Shown piece after piece: positions 1 to 10,045 of a stretch of DNA of 64,000 nucleotides. The stretch spans positions 68,315-132,314 of the forward strand of contig JANWLA010000041.1 in the NCBI GenBank assembly GCA_025451075.1, written 5' to 3'. The DNA comes from Nitrosotalea sp. (lineage in GTDB: Archaea; Thermoproteota; Nitrososphaeria; Nitrososphaerales; Nitrosopumilaceae). The stretch's first letter is position 1. Each line of letters begins with the position of its first letter. The translations under genes and the position numbers were made by a program. The notes below the pieces were generated by a model that saw only the letters and a list, made by a program, of their open reading frames with translations, was not told the DNA's origin and did not search any database.

Positions 1-131
1 CATCTTCAACTGATAAAAAATACATGGAGACAAATCCTGTACCATGGATTATTTTTTCAAATCTAAATAACGAGTTTAAGGCATACATCTACGATTCAGG
101 TCTACTCCCAGTCCCAGTCAAGATCTTGTAA
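1..131 (+). CDS. C-terminal fragment of a JAMM/MPN+ (M67) metallopeptidase, truncated by the window edge
   Basis: Manual translation from base 3: SSTDKKYMETNPVPWIIFSNLNNEFKAYIYDSGLLPVPVKIL*. SxxD then WIIFS fits the tail of the JAMM motif. Confidence 0.6.
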   Translation, partial: SSTDKKYMETNPVPWIIFSNLNNEFKAYIYDSGLLPVPVKIL

Positions 132-133
132 TG

Positions 134-238
134 CTACTTTTTGTGAACGTGTTTGTGTCGTTCAAGATGATCTTTGTCTGTAAAAGTTGTATCACAATCT
201 TTACATTTGAATTCGGCTTTAGCGCCCCACATCGTCAT
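134..238 (-). CDS. C2H2 zinc-finger microprotein (34 aa)
   Basis: Manual translation MTMWGAKAEFKCKDCDTTFTDKDHLERHKHVHKK*; F-x-C-x2-C-x3-F-x5-L-x2-H-x3-H; stop abuts the neighbouring gene's stop. Confidence 0.7.
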   Translation of the reverse strand: MTMWGAKAEFKCKDCDTTFTDKDHLERHKHVHKK

Positions 239-517
239 TTTATATCCAAACTAACGTAAAAGGCTTTAGCAAGATGATCCAAGATTTGTATTTTTATTAT
301 CAAGATTTGTTGAAATTTTTATATATTTTTATATAATTTTTCCAATTATGATATATTGTATAACCAGCGTCATCACACCACCATATGGAGATGTAATCCT
401 GCATGTATGCAAAGCCAAATTTAGATCGCATCATAATCTTTGTGAATTCTATGTCAATATTACATTGGCACCAGCTCACCTACAAACTCTAAATATCCCT
501 ATTCTAGAACAACAAAT

Positions 518-775
518 ATGGAAATTCACGTATACGACACATATGTAGAGGCAAAGGACGGCCATACAATGCATTTTGACGTCATTACTAGCCAGAAGGA
601 TCACCAAAAGGCAATCCAGTATGCAAAAGAATGGCTCAAGACCATTGGAGAGGCAGAGTCAAAGGTTTCAACGGAAGAATGTCAGTTCTGCCACTCACAA
701 GGTGCACCAGAACCCATTGCCAATGAAATCCAAAAGAAAGGCTACTTCATCCAAAAGATGGAAGGCTGCCCATAA
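518..775 (+). CDS. DUF2024 family protein
   Basis: VYDTYV..DGHTMHFDV and CQFCH motifs. Confidence 0.8.
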   Translation: MEIHVYDTYVEAKDGHTMHFDVITSQKDHQKAIQYAKEWLKTIGEAESKVSTEECQFCHSQGAPEPIANEIQKKGYFIQKMEGCP

Positions 776-847
776 AAATACTATAATTTTTTAATTCAAT
801 TATTATTTTTAAAAACTCTAATAGCGTCATGCTTGACATATCATTTC

Positions 848-1042
848 ATGATAAAGAAGAGCGAGTATAACAGACTAACAGTAGAAGGCGACATTCAAAC
901 AAAATGGATATGCGGCTGTTTTGAGACAGTTGATGGTTTTTTCAAGTTCTGTTCACAGCACAACGAGTCCATGAAGCATACAATAGAATCCCAGATAGAC
1001 AAGCTTGACATGACTACAGTAGTAGAAGAAAAACAGACCTAG
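848..1042 (+). CDS. Hypothetical protein
   Basis: ORF fills the gap with its stop abutting the next gene; ATG at 848 within track ORF 833..1042. Confidence 0.5.
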   Translation: MIKKSEYNRLTVEGDIQTKWICGCFETVDGFFKFCSQHNESMKHTIESQIDKLDMTTVVEEKQT

Positions 1043-1044
1043 AC

Positions 1045-1404
1045 TTACCTTTTGGCATACGGCTTGAATGTCCAGCCAGCCAGTCCGCGTCGCACCATTT
1101 TATTAAATCTCCTCCCGTGGCTCAGATACGGAAAACGCATGTGAATCAACTCGTGCACGATCGTGTTTTCCAGTGTCTTTTCATCTGGGATTTTTCTGAC
1201 ATTTATGAAGACAACATTATCCTGAATGTATGATACCCCAAGATACTTGTAGGCAGATGTTCTTCTGCCCTCAGTTACTTGTTTTGGCATCTCCAAGACC
1301 TCCTTTGTAGTCAACAATATTTTTGGCTCTAAAATGCTAAATCTTGCACAATAGACTCCAACTTTTTCTAGTATTTTAAAACGCAGATCAGAGTCTAGCT
1401 TCAC
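1045..1404 (-). CDS. SprT-like/zincin metalloprotease domain protein
   Basis: HELIH (HExxH) followed by YLSHGRRF. Confidence 0.7.
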   Translation of the reverse strand: MKLDSDLRFKILEKVGVYCARFSILEPKILLTTKEVLEMPKQVTEGRRTSAYKYLGVSYIQDNVVFINVRKIPDEKTLENTIVHELIHMRFPYLSHGRRFNKMVRRGLAGWTFKPYAKR

Positions 1405-1561
1405 AAAATCAAAGATTCAAATCCCAAGTTTAATGCATGTTGTCAAAATTCATGGTAACACTGGTGGATTTTTTTATTTCAACTACTAAAGTGGTTAAGT
1501 GGGGTCAGAAATTTCGTTAGGTTAATCATAAATCATACAGCCACCGTCTCCTCATTCCCCA

Positions 1562-2056
1562 TTAACTCATAGAATCCATTAGGGATTTAGCCCTATTTCT
1601 TACCTCTTCTGTCAGGTGTACAATGACTAGCCCCTCATTTGGTTGACCATACAAGATTACAGAATTATCAGGAGCATGAACTGCAACAGGCAGTACAAGC
1701 AAGTCCTCTTCCCCATCCACAATAATTCTCACTGGAAAAGTCATGGACAATGCCTTGCGAATTACAGAAATGCTTTGCTCAGTTATTTCAGCCGCAGGAT
1801 TTGTACAGGTTAGTACCGTTTCTGTTTGCCCAACTGGCAAGTCTCGCTTGTTTCTTTTTTCCAGCGCATCCACTATCTGAAGTGATGGGACAAACCCAAG
1901 TGCCAGCATCTTTTCAGTGGTAGCATCACCCACGGTTATCACAAGAGCATCTTTAGGAATGCTACTTTCGATACTAGATTTAGTTACATCAGAATCAGGT
2001 ACAAGAATTCCTAGTGGTTTTTTTAGATGAGATCGTAAGTGTTCTGGCAGTCGCAC
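1562..2056 (-). CDS. GTP-dependent dephospho-CoA kinase (DUF359)
   Basis: LKKPLG, VGDATT, NPAAEIT, VDGEEDLLVLP, YGQPNEG. Confidence 0.9.
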   Translation of the reverse strand: MRLPEHLRSHLKKPLGILVPDSDVTKSSIESSIPKDALVITVGDATTEKMLALGFVPSLQIVDALEKRNKRDLPVGQTETVLTCTNPAAEITEQSISVIRKALSMTFPVRIIVDGEEDLLVLPVAVHAPDNSVILYGQPNEGLVIVHLTEEVRNRAKSLMDSMS

Positions 2057-2082
2057 AAGGTAATCTTTGTTTTCAACTATTT

Positions 2083-3165
2083 TTATGTAGCTGCATCATC
2101 TTTCATCTCATCACTTAACTGAGATGCAAGAACACTACACCTTGCTGCAACATTTTTCGCCACAGTCATAAATGACTGGGACATTGTAGAATTTGGATCA
2201 GAGACAAGCACTGGTCGTCCACTGTCAGAGCCTTCCATTATACCAGGGTTCAGAGGAATCCCTCCCAAGAATTGTAATTCGTGTTTTTCACTCATTCTTT
2301 TTGCGCCATCTTTTCCAAAGATGTAATGTTTTTCAGAGCATTTTGGACATGTAAAATAACTCATGTTTTCTATCACGCCCATAATTGGTATGTTTAGTTT
2401 TTGAAACATTCCAAATGCCTTGACTGCAATATTGCTTGCAACATCTTGCGGAGTTGTAACAACAACTATTCCAGTGATTGGTATGGTTTGGGCAAGTGTT
2501 AGAGGAATATCACCTGTGCCAGGTGGAAGGTCTACTATGAGATAATCAAGATCAGACCAGTTTGTATCAACAAGAAATTGTTTTAAGATTCCAGAAATTA
2601 TTGGACCCCTGTAAATTGCGGCCTGGTGTGCTTGCTCTGCAAAGAAACCAAATGACACCACTTTGATCCCGTGTGAATCTACTGGCTGTAATTTATTATT
2701 GTCAACTTCCATTGAGGCTTTATCCATTCCAAGCATCAGTGGAACACTTGGTCCATAAATATCAGCATCAAGCAGGCCAACTCTTGCACCAGTCTTTGCC
2801 AATGCAAGTGCCAAGTTTACAGATACTGTTGTTTTTCCTACACCTCCTTTTCCACTTGCAACACCGATGATATTTTTTACAGTCGGCAGCATCTGGTCAA
2901 CGCTAAGGGATCTTCCTTCCATGACTTTAGCAGTTACCTTGAGATCAAGTTTTGATACTTCCTTGATTGATGCGATTGCTTTTCTCACATCTTGCTCTAT
3001 CTCATCATTGAATGGACAAGCAGGAGTAGTAAGTTCAAGTGTAAATTTTAATTCGCTTCCGTTTATCTCAATGTCTTTTATCATACCCATTGAGACGATG
3101 CTCTTTTTGAGATCTGGATCGATTACCATATTTAGAGTGGAAAGTACTTGATCAACTGAGACCAT
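2083..3165 (-). CDS. mrp: Mrp/NBP35 (ApbC) Fe-S cluster carrier ATPase
   Basis: N-terminal DUF59-like LTTPACP, SGKGGVGKTT, DADIYGPS, DLPPGTGD, ENMS..CPKC. Confidence 0.95.
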   Translation of the reverse strand: MVSVDQVLSTLNMVIDPDLKKSIVSMGMIKDIEINGSELKFTLELTTPACPFNDEIEQDVRKAIASIKEVSKLDLKVTAKVMEGRSLSVDQMLPTVKNIIGVASGKGGVGKTTVSVNLALALAKTGARVGLLDADIYGPSVPLMLGMDKASMEVDNNKLQPVDSHGIKVVSFGFFAEQAHQAAIYRGPIISGILKQFLVDTNWSDLDYLIVDLPPGTGDIPLTLAQTIPITGIVVVTTPQDVASNIAVKAFGMFQKLNIPIMGVIENMSYFTCPKCSEKHYIFGKDGAKRMSEKHELQFLGGIPLNPGIMEGSDSGRPVLVSDPNSTMSQSFMTVAKNVAARCSVLASQLSDEMKDDAAT

Positions 3166-3266
3166 AAAGTAAAAAATCCGGAATACGATATTTAAACATA
3201 GGCAAAAATAATATCCAAGTCATCCAAAGATTCATAAATTCAAATTTTTAGAGTTTTCTTAGGTTC

Positions 3267-3890
3267 ATGTTTTCTATATCGACCCTTACTGATGTAGTTA
3301 GAATACCGCCTAAACTATTTGGGGAATCTCTCAAAAAGGCAGCAATTACAATTCTTAGAGAAAAATATGAGAGTATGATAAATCCTGAGCTTGGCTATGT
3401 CATCATGATACTTGAGACCAAGGTAGAAAAAATGGGCAAGGTCATTGCAGGAGATGGCGGCACTTATCATAGAGTAGAATTTACAGCATTAACATTTTCA
3501 CCAAAACTCCAGGAAATTGTCCGTGGAGAAATTGTCGAGATTACAGACTTTGGAGCATTTGTCAGAATTGGCGCAACAGATGCATTACTACACTTGTCAC
3601 AGATTATGGACGACTATCTCAAAAGCGATGTCAAGTCTGGCATGATCCTTGCAAACCAGAGTGGAAGAACAATGAAGATTGGAACAACACTTCGCGCAAG
3701 AATCACAGCTGTATCAATTGGCAAGACAGCAGCAATGAAAGTCGGAATTACATGCAGGCAGCCATTCTTGGGTGCAGACGAATGGATTGAAGAAGAGATA
3801 AAAAAAGCCAAGGCACCTGCAGCTGCTACAACACCAGACAAGGCAAAGAAACCAGAAGCGGTAGAGAAAGGAAAAAAGCCAGACAAGTGA
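3267..3890 (+). CDS. rpoE1: RNA polymerase subunit E' (Rpo7)
   Basis: VRIPP..FG, GDGGTYHRVEF, S1 domain FGAFVRIG..DALLHLSQIMDD; adjacent to spt4. Confidence 0.95.
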   Translation: MFSISTLTDVVRIPPKLFGESLKKAAITILREKYESMINPELGYVIMILETKVEKMGKVIAGDGGTYHRVEFTALTFSPKLQEIVRGEIVEITDFGAFVRIGATDALLHLSQIMDDYLKSDVKSGMILANQSGRTMKIGTTLRARITAVSIGKTAAMKVGITCRQPFLGADEWIEEEIKKAKAPAAATTPDKAKKPEAVEKGKKPDK

Positions 3891-3896
3891 TGATAC

Positions 3897-4085
3897 ATGG
3901 TTAGAGAACTGGCTTGTCGTAAATGTAAATTTGTAACAGTTGGAAAGGTATGCCCAATATGCAAATCATCTGACTTGAGTCCTGATTGGAGTAGTTCAGT
4001 TCTTGTTGTAGACCCAACAAATTCTCTTGTTGCCAAGTCTCTTGGAATAAAAGAGAAAGGCAAGTATGCTCTCAAGGTAACATAG
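3897..4085 (+). CDS. spt4: Transcription elongation factor Spt4 (RpoE2)
   Basis: ACRKCK..CPIC..LSPDW..GKYALKV directly after rpoE1. Confidence 0.95.
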   Translation: MVRELACRKCKFVTVGKVCPICKSSDLSPDWSSSVLVVDPTNSLVAKSLGIKEKGKYALKVT

Positions 4086-4086
4086 G

Positions 4087-4914
4087 TTGCAATCAAGTGC
4101 AAAAAAACAACTAGAAAGATTTCTTGCCGAAGACATTAAGAGCGGAGACATTACAAGCAGACTACTTTCAAGGAAAAAAATTACTGCAAGTATAATATCT
4201 CGTGAAAAAAGCCTAGTTGCCGGAGTTGCATATGCAAAAGAGATTTTCTTGTCAAGAAAATGTCAAGTTACAATACACAAAAAAGATGGCCAGTCTGTTA
4301 CTCCCAACCAAAAAATAATGACAATTGTTGGCGATACATATTCCATATTATCATGTGAGAGAACTGCATTAAATTTAATGTCAAGAATGAGTGGCATTGC
4401 AAACCAGACAAATGCATACGTGAAAAAAATTCATGCTGCCAACCCAAAGGTCGGACTATACTCTACAAGAAAGACAGCCCCCGGTCTTCGAATCTTTGAC
4501 AAGGATGCCATAGCCATCGGAGGAGGACACAGACACAGAATGTCACTTGACCAGATGGTGATGATAAAAGACAATCACATTGCTGCATCAGATTCATTTT
4601 TGGGCCTAGTCAGGCGTGCAAAAATAAAACACAGGAAAATTGAGGTAGAGGTAGAAAACTTGGATGATGCAATCACTGCTGCAAGAGAGGGTGCGTACAT
4701 CATCATGCTGGATAACATGAATCCTGCAAAGATCAAGGAGGTAATAAAAAAACTAGAGCAACTCCATCTTAGAGACAAGGTAAGGATAGAGGTGTCAGGC
4801 GGAATAAATCATTCAAACGTTGTACAATATGCAAGATCAGGTGTAGACATGATATCTATTGGAAGATTGACAAGCTCAGTTTCAGGTCTTGATCTTAGCC
4901 TAGAAGTTAATTGA
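4087..4914 (+). CDS. nadC: Quinolinate phosphoribosyltransferase
   Basis: GDITS, ERTALN, TRKTAPG, IKDNH, EVEVE, IMLDN, EVSGGI. Confidence 0.95.
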   Translation: MQSSAKKQLERFLAEDIKSGDITSRLLSRKKITASIISREKSLVAGVAYAKEIFLSRKCQVTIHKKDGQSVTPNQKIMTIVGDTYSILSCERTALNLMSRMSGIANQTNAYVKKIHAANPKVGLYSTRKTAPGLRIFDKDAIAIGGGHRHRMSLDQMVMIKDNHIAASDSFLGLVRRAKIKHRKIEVEVENLDDAITAAREGAYIIMLDNMNPAKIKEVIKKLEQLHLRDKVRIEVSGGINHSNVVQYARSGVDMISIGRLTSSVSGLDLSLEVN

Positions 4915-5845
4915 TTGCAAGCATCCGCTCTATTGCAAGCTGTGCCTTGTCTGCTATATTTTTTGGAACTTTAACTTGATACTTGTTCTCTTGCAGGGAC
5001 GCATACACTTTTTCAAGTGTTATCATCTTCATGTACTTGCATATTGCATTTTCAGACATTGGAATAAATGTCTTGCCTGGGTTTTGTTTTCGCATCCTGT
5101 ATAGTATACCAGTTTCTGTTGCAACAACAAATTGCTTTGATGGAGAATTTTTGGCATGGTTCATCATCCCTTCTGTGGATAAGACCTGGACTTGCCTTGA
5201 GCCATAATCACCTGATGCGATATCGTACATTACTGAAGAAGTGCAACTACATTCGGGGTGGACCAAGAATTCTGCATTTGCATGTTCTCGGAGTTTTTCC
5301 TGCACATCCTGTGATCGTATACCTGCATGCACATGGCATTCGCCTGCCCAGATGAACATGTTGCTTCTGTTTGTCACCTTTGCAACATAGGAACCCAGGA
5401 ACATGTCTGGCAAGAAGAGAACCTCCTTGTCTTCTGGAATTGATTTTACAACATTTACAGCATTAGATGAAGTACAGCAATAATCAAGCTCTGCTTTTAC
5501 TTCGGCAGATGTGTTGACATAGCCTACCGTAACTGCTTTTGGATGCTCTGACTTCCATTTTCTAAGCTCATCAGCATTAATGGTATCAGCAAGCGAGCAT
5601 CCAGCTCCAAGGTCTGGAATTAGAACTGTCTTGTCAGGACATGTGATTGCGGCAGTCTCTGCCATAAAGTGGACACCACAGAAAAGTATAGTCTTTTGAT
5701 CAGTCTTTGCAGCCTGTCTTGAGAGCCCTAATGAATCCCCTACGTAATCTGCAACATCTTGTACGTCAGGCAGTTGGTAATTATGAGCCAAAATGAGAAC
5801 ATCCTTTTCTTTTTTGAGTTTTAGTATCTCAGACTTGATATCCAT
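4907..5845 (-). CDS. nadA: Quinolinate synthase
   Basis: LAHNYQ, GDSL, CGVHFMAE, YVNTS, CHVH, HPEC, CKYMK. Confidence 0.95.
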   Translation of the reverse strand: MDIKSEILKLKKEKDVLILAHNYQLPDVQDVADYVGDSLGLSRQAAKTDQKTILFCGVHFMAETAAITCPDKTVLIPDLGAGCSLADTINADELRKWKSEHPKAVTVGYVNTSAEVKAELDYCCTSSNAVNVVKSIPEDKEVLFLPDMFLGSYVAKVTNRSNMFIWAGECHVHAGIRSQDVQEKLREHANAEFLVHPECSCTSSVMYDIASGDYGSRQVQVLSTEGMMNHAKNSPSKQFVVATETGILYRMRKQNPGKTFIPMSENAICKYMKMITLEKVYASLQENKYQVKVPKNIADKAQLAIERMLAIN

Positions 5846-5937
5846 GTACGAAACATCATAGCATTAGTTGACCTTTAAAGCGTCATGATGTTGACAAATT
5901 TATTGCCACAACCATTCCAAATGGCAAAATTTACCAT

Positions 5938-6756
5938 TTACGTACCGATGTTAAGCGAGGTGCCACAAATCTTTCTCAGGCACTCTATTGCAGCAAGTGT
6001 TGCAAGCCTGCTAGTCTTTGGATTGCTGGGACTGGGCACATTTTCTACTTTTATTGAAAATTTGCCAAATTTTCCTTCGGCCTGGATTTCATGAGTGTTC
6101 TTGTCAGTGCCTGGGTCTGCAACTATCTTTACCCTAGTCTTTTCGCTTCCGATTCCTGCAAGGCTGAGAAGTGCTGCAACGTTGATGTTTGCTGGAAATA
6201 GCCTTACTGCTTCCTGTGCACTTCCCTCATAGAGTATGGTAGGTTGAGTGATTCCATCAGGATCAATTATTGATGTCTCAAAGAATTTTGCGCCCTTCAG
6301 TGCTTTTGGGTTTTTTGTTGTAACTAGAGTTACAGAATCAAGCTCGTCTTGTACGGCGCGGATTCCATCAAGCCCAATTATTGCGCCAGATGGGAGGTAT
6401 ACGCGCTTGTTAAAGTCCCTGCATCCATCCATGACAATGTCAAATATTGATTCATCCAAGAGGGCACCCATACTCATTATCATGACATCTTTTCTATTTT
6501 GCAATATGCTCAATATGTCATCTCTTACTGCATCCTGTGAAGCTGCCTCAATTATCATGTCAACAGGAGAAGCTGCAAGCAGACCAACATTTTCTGTCAC
6601 CATAGGTTTGTTTTGCAGCTTGTCAGATAGATTCTTTGATCTTTCTTTTGAGAAATCATAAATGTGAGTAAGTTTTGCAGCGATTTTGCCAGAGTCTATT
6701 GCAAGTGCTATCTCTGATCCTATTGCACCGCATCCAAGTAATCCCACTCGCTTCAA
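5938..6756 (-). CDS. nadX: L-aspartate dehydrogenase
   Basis: GCGAIG, PSGAIIGLD, FPANINVAA, NPKTS; next to nadA. Confidence 0.92.
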   Translation of the reverse strand: MKRVGLLGCGAIGSEIALAIDSGKIAAKLTHIYDFSKERSKNLSDKLQNKPMVTENVGLLAASPVDMIIEAASQDAVRDDILSILQNRKDVMIMSMGALLDESIFDIVMDGCRDFNKRVYLPSGAIIGLDGIRAVQDELDSVTLVTTKNPKALKGAKFFETSIIDPDGITQPTILYEGSAQEAVRLFPANINVAALLSLAGIGSEKTRVKIVADPGTDKNTHEIQAEGKFGKFSIKVENVPSPSNPKTSRLATLAAIECLRKICGTSLNIGT

Positions 6757-7011
6757 TGTGATTTCTCTAGCATTTGGCCTTGTTAAATCTGTTACAGATT
6801 TTGCAAGATTTGGAACGGATCATTTTGGACAATATGCTTGTCCTTTAACTGTATTTTGAGAAGTAATGCCAACTCTTCTGGTTTTAGCGAGTACGCAAGT
6901 TAGTATACTGCTATAGTATACGATTTTAGTACATTTTTCTATCACTCTTAAAAATAAAGAATGTCATATAGACTGGGGGACACTTGAAGACAATTCAGAT
7001 GCAATAATTTT

Positions 7012-7407
7012 ATGAAAAATGTGCCACACCGTAAAAAAATAATGGTAGTAGAAGAAGAGCGCAACATGGCATTATCCATAAAACTGGCACTGGAAGCAAA
7101 CCAGTTTTCAGTAGACATGTTCATTGATCCAATTGTAGCGCTAGAAGAGTTCAAAAGAAATTCTCAGGACTATAGCCTGGTAATCATAGACATGAAGATG
7201 ATTCGCATGTCTGCATTTGAATTCATGAAAGAGACGAAAATAAAAAATGACGATGTCAAAGTGCTTTTAATTACAACGTTTGAGATAAAACCAGTAGAAT
7301 TCAACACTGTACTGCCATCAGTGAAGATAGAAGGATCGATTGAAAAACCGTTTTTATTAAATAAAATCATACCATCAGTAAACGAGATACTTGGCCGCAA
7401 TAGATAG
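7012..7407 (+). CDS. Single-domain response regulator (receiver)
   Basis: VVEEE, IIDMKM (phospho-Asp), LLITT, EKPF. Confidence 0.85.
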   Translation: MKNVPHRKKIMVVEEERNMALSIKLALEANQFSVDMFIDPIVALEEFKRNSQDYSLVIIDMKMIRMSAFEFMKETKIKNDDVKVLLITTFEIKPVEFNTVLPSVKIEGSIEKPFLLNKIIPSVNEILGRNR

Positions 7408-7508
7408 AATTTAAGCGCATAGAAAATTGCACGTTCAGTGAAATGGTACACACATGACACTAGTGGATTAAAATATCTTTTAAACAAATATAGTAGAAGT
7501 GACAAAAG

Positions 7509-8384
7509 TTGGAAAAAAGCGAATCAACATTAATTGAAAAAGTCCTGTTCAAGGTGGCAAAACAGTGGATAGCCGGAGATACAATGGAAGATGCCCTCAA
7601 GTCTGCGCGCCAGGCAAACAGTAACGGCATGAGTGCCATTTTAAATAAACTAGGCGAGCACATGGCATCAAAACAAAAAGTTGACCAAACAGTTTCAGAC
7701 TATCTCACACTTGTCTCCAACTTGCGAAGATCAAAAATTACCGGAGGCTTGTCCATAAAACCAACGCAAGTTGGACTGTCCATCAGTCCAAAAGAGTGTC
7801 ATGTAAATTTGGATATCATAATAGAAAAAGCACTACAGTTCCAGTCTTTTGTTTGGATAGACATGGAGTCATCAGAGTTTACAGATGACACATTCAAGAT
7901 TTACCTGAACCTCTTTGAAAAATATGAAAGACTGGGCGTGGTTATACAAGCAAATCTCAAGCGTACCCAGAATGATCTTGGCATGTTACTAGAAAAGGGC
8001 GCCAAAATTCGCCTTGTCAAAGGGGCATATCATGAAAATTCAAAGAATGCATACAGGACAAGACATGAGGTAGATGAAAACTATACAAAACTGATGGATG
8101 TTTTGTTTGAGCGCGGAAATGAGTTTGCAGTTGCAACACACGACTCCAAGTTAATCGATATGGCAATCAATCTATCAAAAAAACATGAGCGAAAATTTGA
8201 GTTTCAGATGCTAAAAGGAATACGCGATGAGCTAAAACCTGTTTTGATAAAAAGTGGGTTTGCTGTCTCAGAGTATATCCCATATGGAACAAATTGGCTA
8301 CCTTATTCAATCAGAAGACTAAAGGAGAGAAAACGAAACATATTGCTTCTTGGAAGTTCCTTTATTCATTCACATCGAGTCTGA
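7509..8384 (+). CDS. Proline dehydrogenase (monofunctional)
   Basis: LNKLGEH, SIKPTQVG, WIDMESS, RLVKGAY, VATHD, FQMLKG, YIPYG..RRLKE. Confidence 0.92.
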   Translation: MEKSESTLIEKVLFKVAKQWIAGDTMEDALKSARQANSNGMSAILNKLGEHMASKQKVDQTVSDYLTLVSNLRRSKITGGLSIKPTQVGLSISPKECHVNLDIIIEKALQFQSFVWIDMESSEFTDDTFKIYLNLFEKYERLGVVIQANLKRTQNDLGMLLEKGAKIRLVKGAYHENSKNAYRTRHEVDENYTKLMDVLFERGNEFAVATHDSKLIDMAINLSKKHERKFEFQMLKGIRDELKPVLIKSGFAVSEYIPYGTNWLPYSIRRLKERKRNILLLGSSFIHSHRV

Positions 8385-9931
8385 GTCTGCTCTCTTAGGA
8401 ATTGTAAAAGATAGTATGCCCCTCCAGCACCCTTGCCAGAGATTCCAGATTCCTTCCACCCTACAAATGGCTGTGCCCCAACCATTGCACCAGTGGTGGC
8501 ACTGGCTGCCCTGTTGGCATATGTAACGCCTGCCTCAATTTTTTCAAAAAATTTCTCAATCTCATTTTTGTCTTGGCTGAAGACTCCGGCAGTTAATCCA
8601 TAATTGCTCTTGTTTGCCAAGGCAAGTGCATCATCAAAGTTTTCAAATTCCTCGATGCAAAGAAACGGCAAAAACAATTCTTCTCGTATCAATTCATGAT
8701 CTCGTGGAAGGTTTGCAACAATTGTGGGCATGACAAAATTTCCATCCTTGTTGGTACCATCAGTGACAAGAGAGCCACCACATAGTACCTTGCCATCTTT
8801 TTTTGCAACATCAGATGCTTTTTGAAACTTTTTTACCGCTGCATCATTTATGACAGGCCCGATGTAGGTGTCTTTCTCCCATGGTTTTCCAATTTTTAAT
8901 GCCACAGTCTTTGCAACTAGTCTTTCCAAGAACTTGGTTGCAATTGATTTTTGTACATAGACCCGCGAGCAGGCACTACATTTTTGTCCGCTAAAGCCAA
9001 ATGCCGCTCGCAGTACACCATCAGTTGCCTTTTCAATGTCAGATGAAGCAGAAACTATTGCTGGGTTTTTTCCGCCCATCTCAGAGATAAACGGCCTAGG
9101 CCTGCTTGCTACAAATGCAGAATATCCAGTCATTCCCACCTCTTTTGAGCCAGTAAATGCAATGCCGTCAACTAGCTTGCTGTCAAGTATTGTTTTTCCA
9201 ACTATGCTTCCAGCACCTGTTACAAAGTTTACGGCAGCTGGCGGTAGCTCGTGATATATCGATTCAACAAACTTGAATCCAGAGAGTGGGGCATCACTTG
9301 AGGGTTTGAGTATAGCAGTGTTTCCAGTGATCAGAGCCCCTGACGTCATCCCAATTGCAATTGCAGATGGAAAATTAAATGGGGATATGATTCCCCAGAC
9401 CCCATATGGTTTTAGGGTACTTTTTGTCTTTTCATTCGGAGAAGCGCTTTTTGTATCCTTTGAGAATCCTTCGTTTATCTCAAGCTGTTCAGCATAAAAT
9501 CGCATAAAGTCTACTGACTCGTCCAGATCACCCATCGCTTCAAGCCTGTTCTTTCCGTTTTCAAAGCTCATGATTGCAGCAAGACTGAATTTATTTTGAG
9601 AAAAAATATCAGCAACCTCTCGAAATATCTGGACTCTTTTTTGGTATGGTACAAGAGACCATTTGTAAAACGAGTCTCGTGCGGTATCAATTGCATGCAG
9701 TGTATCTTCTTTTGTGGCAAGTGGAAAGCTTCCAAGTATCAGATTTTTGTCAGCAGGAGATCTGACTTGAAACTCGGTACCAGAGAAGATCTCTTTTCCT
9801 CCAATTATCATAGGATATTTTTTGCCAAAGTCTTTTTGCACTTGGTCTACAGCACTATCAAATTTTTTGTGAAATTCATCAGTGGAATTATTTTCTACAA
9901 ATCGTGCCCATGTTCTTTCATTCTCGAACAT
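8366..9931 (-). CDS. 1-pyrroline-5-carboxylate dehydrogenase (ALDH family)
   Basis: ISPFNFP, FTGS, EMGGKN, GQKCSACSR, EELF, YGLTAG, QPFVGWKESG; convergent with proline dehydrogenase. Confidence 0.88.
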   Translation of the reverse strand: MFENERTWARFVENNSTDEFHKKFDSAVDQVQKDFGKKYPMIIGGKEIFSGTEFQVRSPADKNLILGSFPLATKEDTLHAIDTARDSFYKWSLVPYQKRVQIFREVADIFSQNKFSLAAIMSFENGKNRLEAMGDLDESVDFMRFYAEQLEINEGFSKDTKSASPNEKTKSTLKPYGVWGIISPFNFPSAIAIGMTSGALITGNTAILKPSSDAPLSGFKFVESIYHELPPAAVNFVTGAGSIVGKTILDSKLVDGIAFTGSKEVGMTGYSAFVASRPRPFISEMGGKNPAIVSASSDIEKATDGVLRAAFGFSGQKCSACSRVYVQKSIATKFLERLVAKTVALKIGKPWEKDTYIGPVINDAAVKKFQKASDVAKKDGKVLCGGSLVTDGTNKDGNFVMPTIVANLPRDHELIREELFLPFLCIEEFENFDDALALANKSNYGLTAGVFSQDKNEIEKFFEKIEAGVTYANRAASATTGAMVGAQPFVGWKESGISGKGAGGAYYLLQFLREQTQTRCE

Positions 9932-10045
9932 GATTCACTATGGCATGCTTCATTATTTAGTCCTACTAGTGTTGATTTTTCGTTAACACTTGGACAAATT
10001 CCTTTCAAACGAGAAACATTTTATCTCTGCAGGCAAAGGTGTTTT

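Noticed and set aside
102-142. Possible frameshift extension of the C2H2 ORF ending DWDWE, similar to WYWEN of the 52667 paralog
   Set aside because: The extension is the antisense of the JAMM gene's PVPV codons; the natural stop at 134 fits tail-to-tail packing.
9596-10045. 150-aa N-terminal extension of the NurA ORF
   Set aside because: Overlaps P5CDH on the opposite strand; NurA-like sequence starts at ATG 10046.
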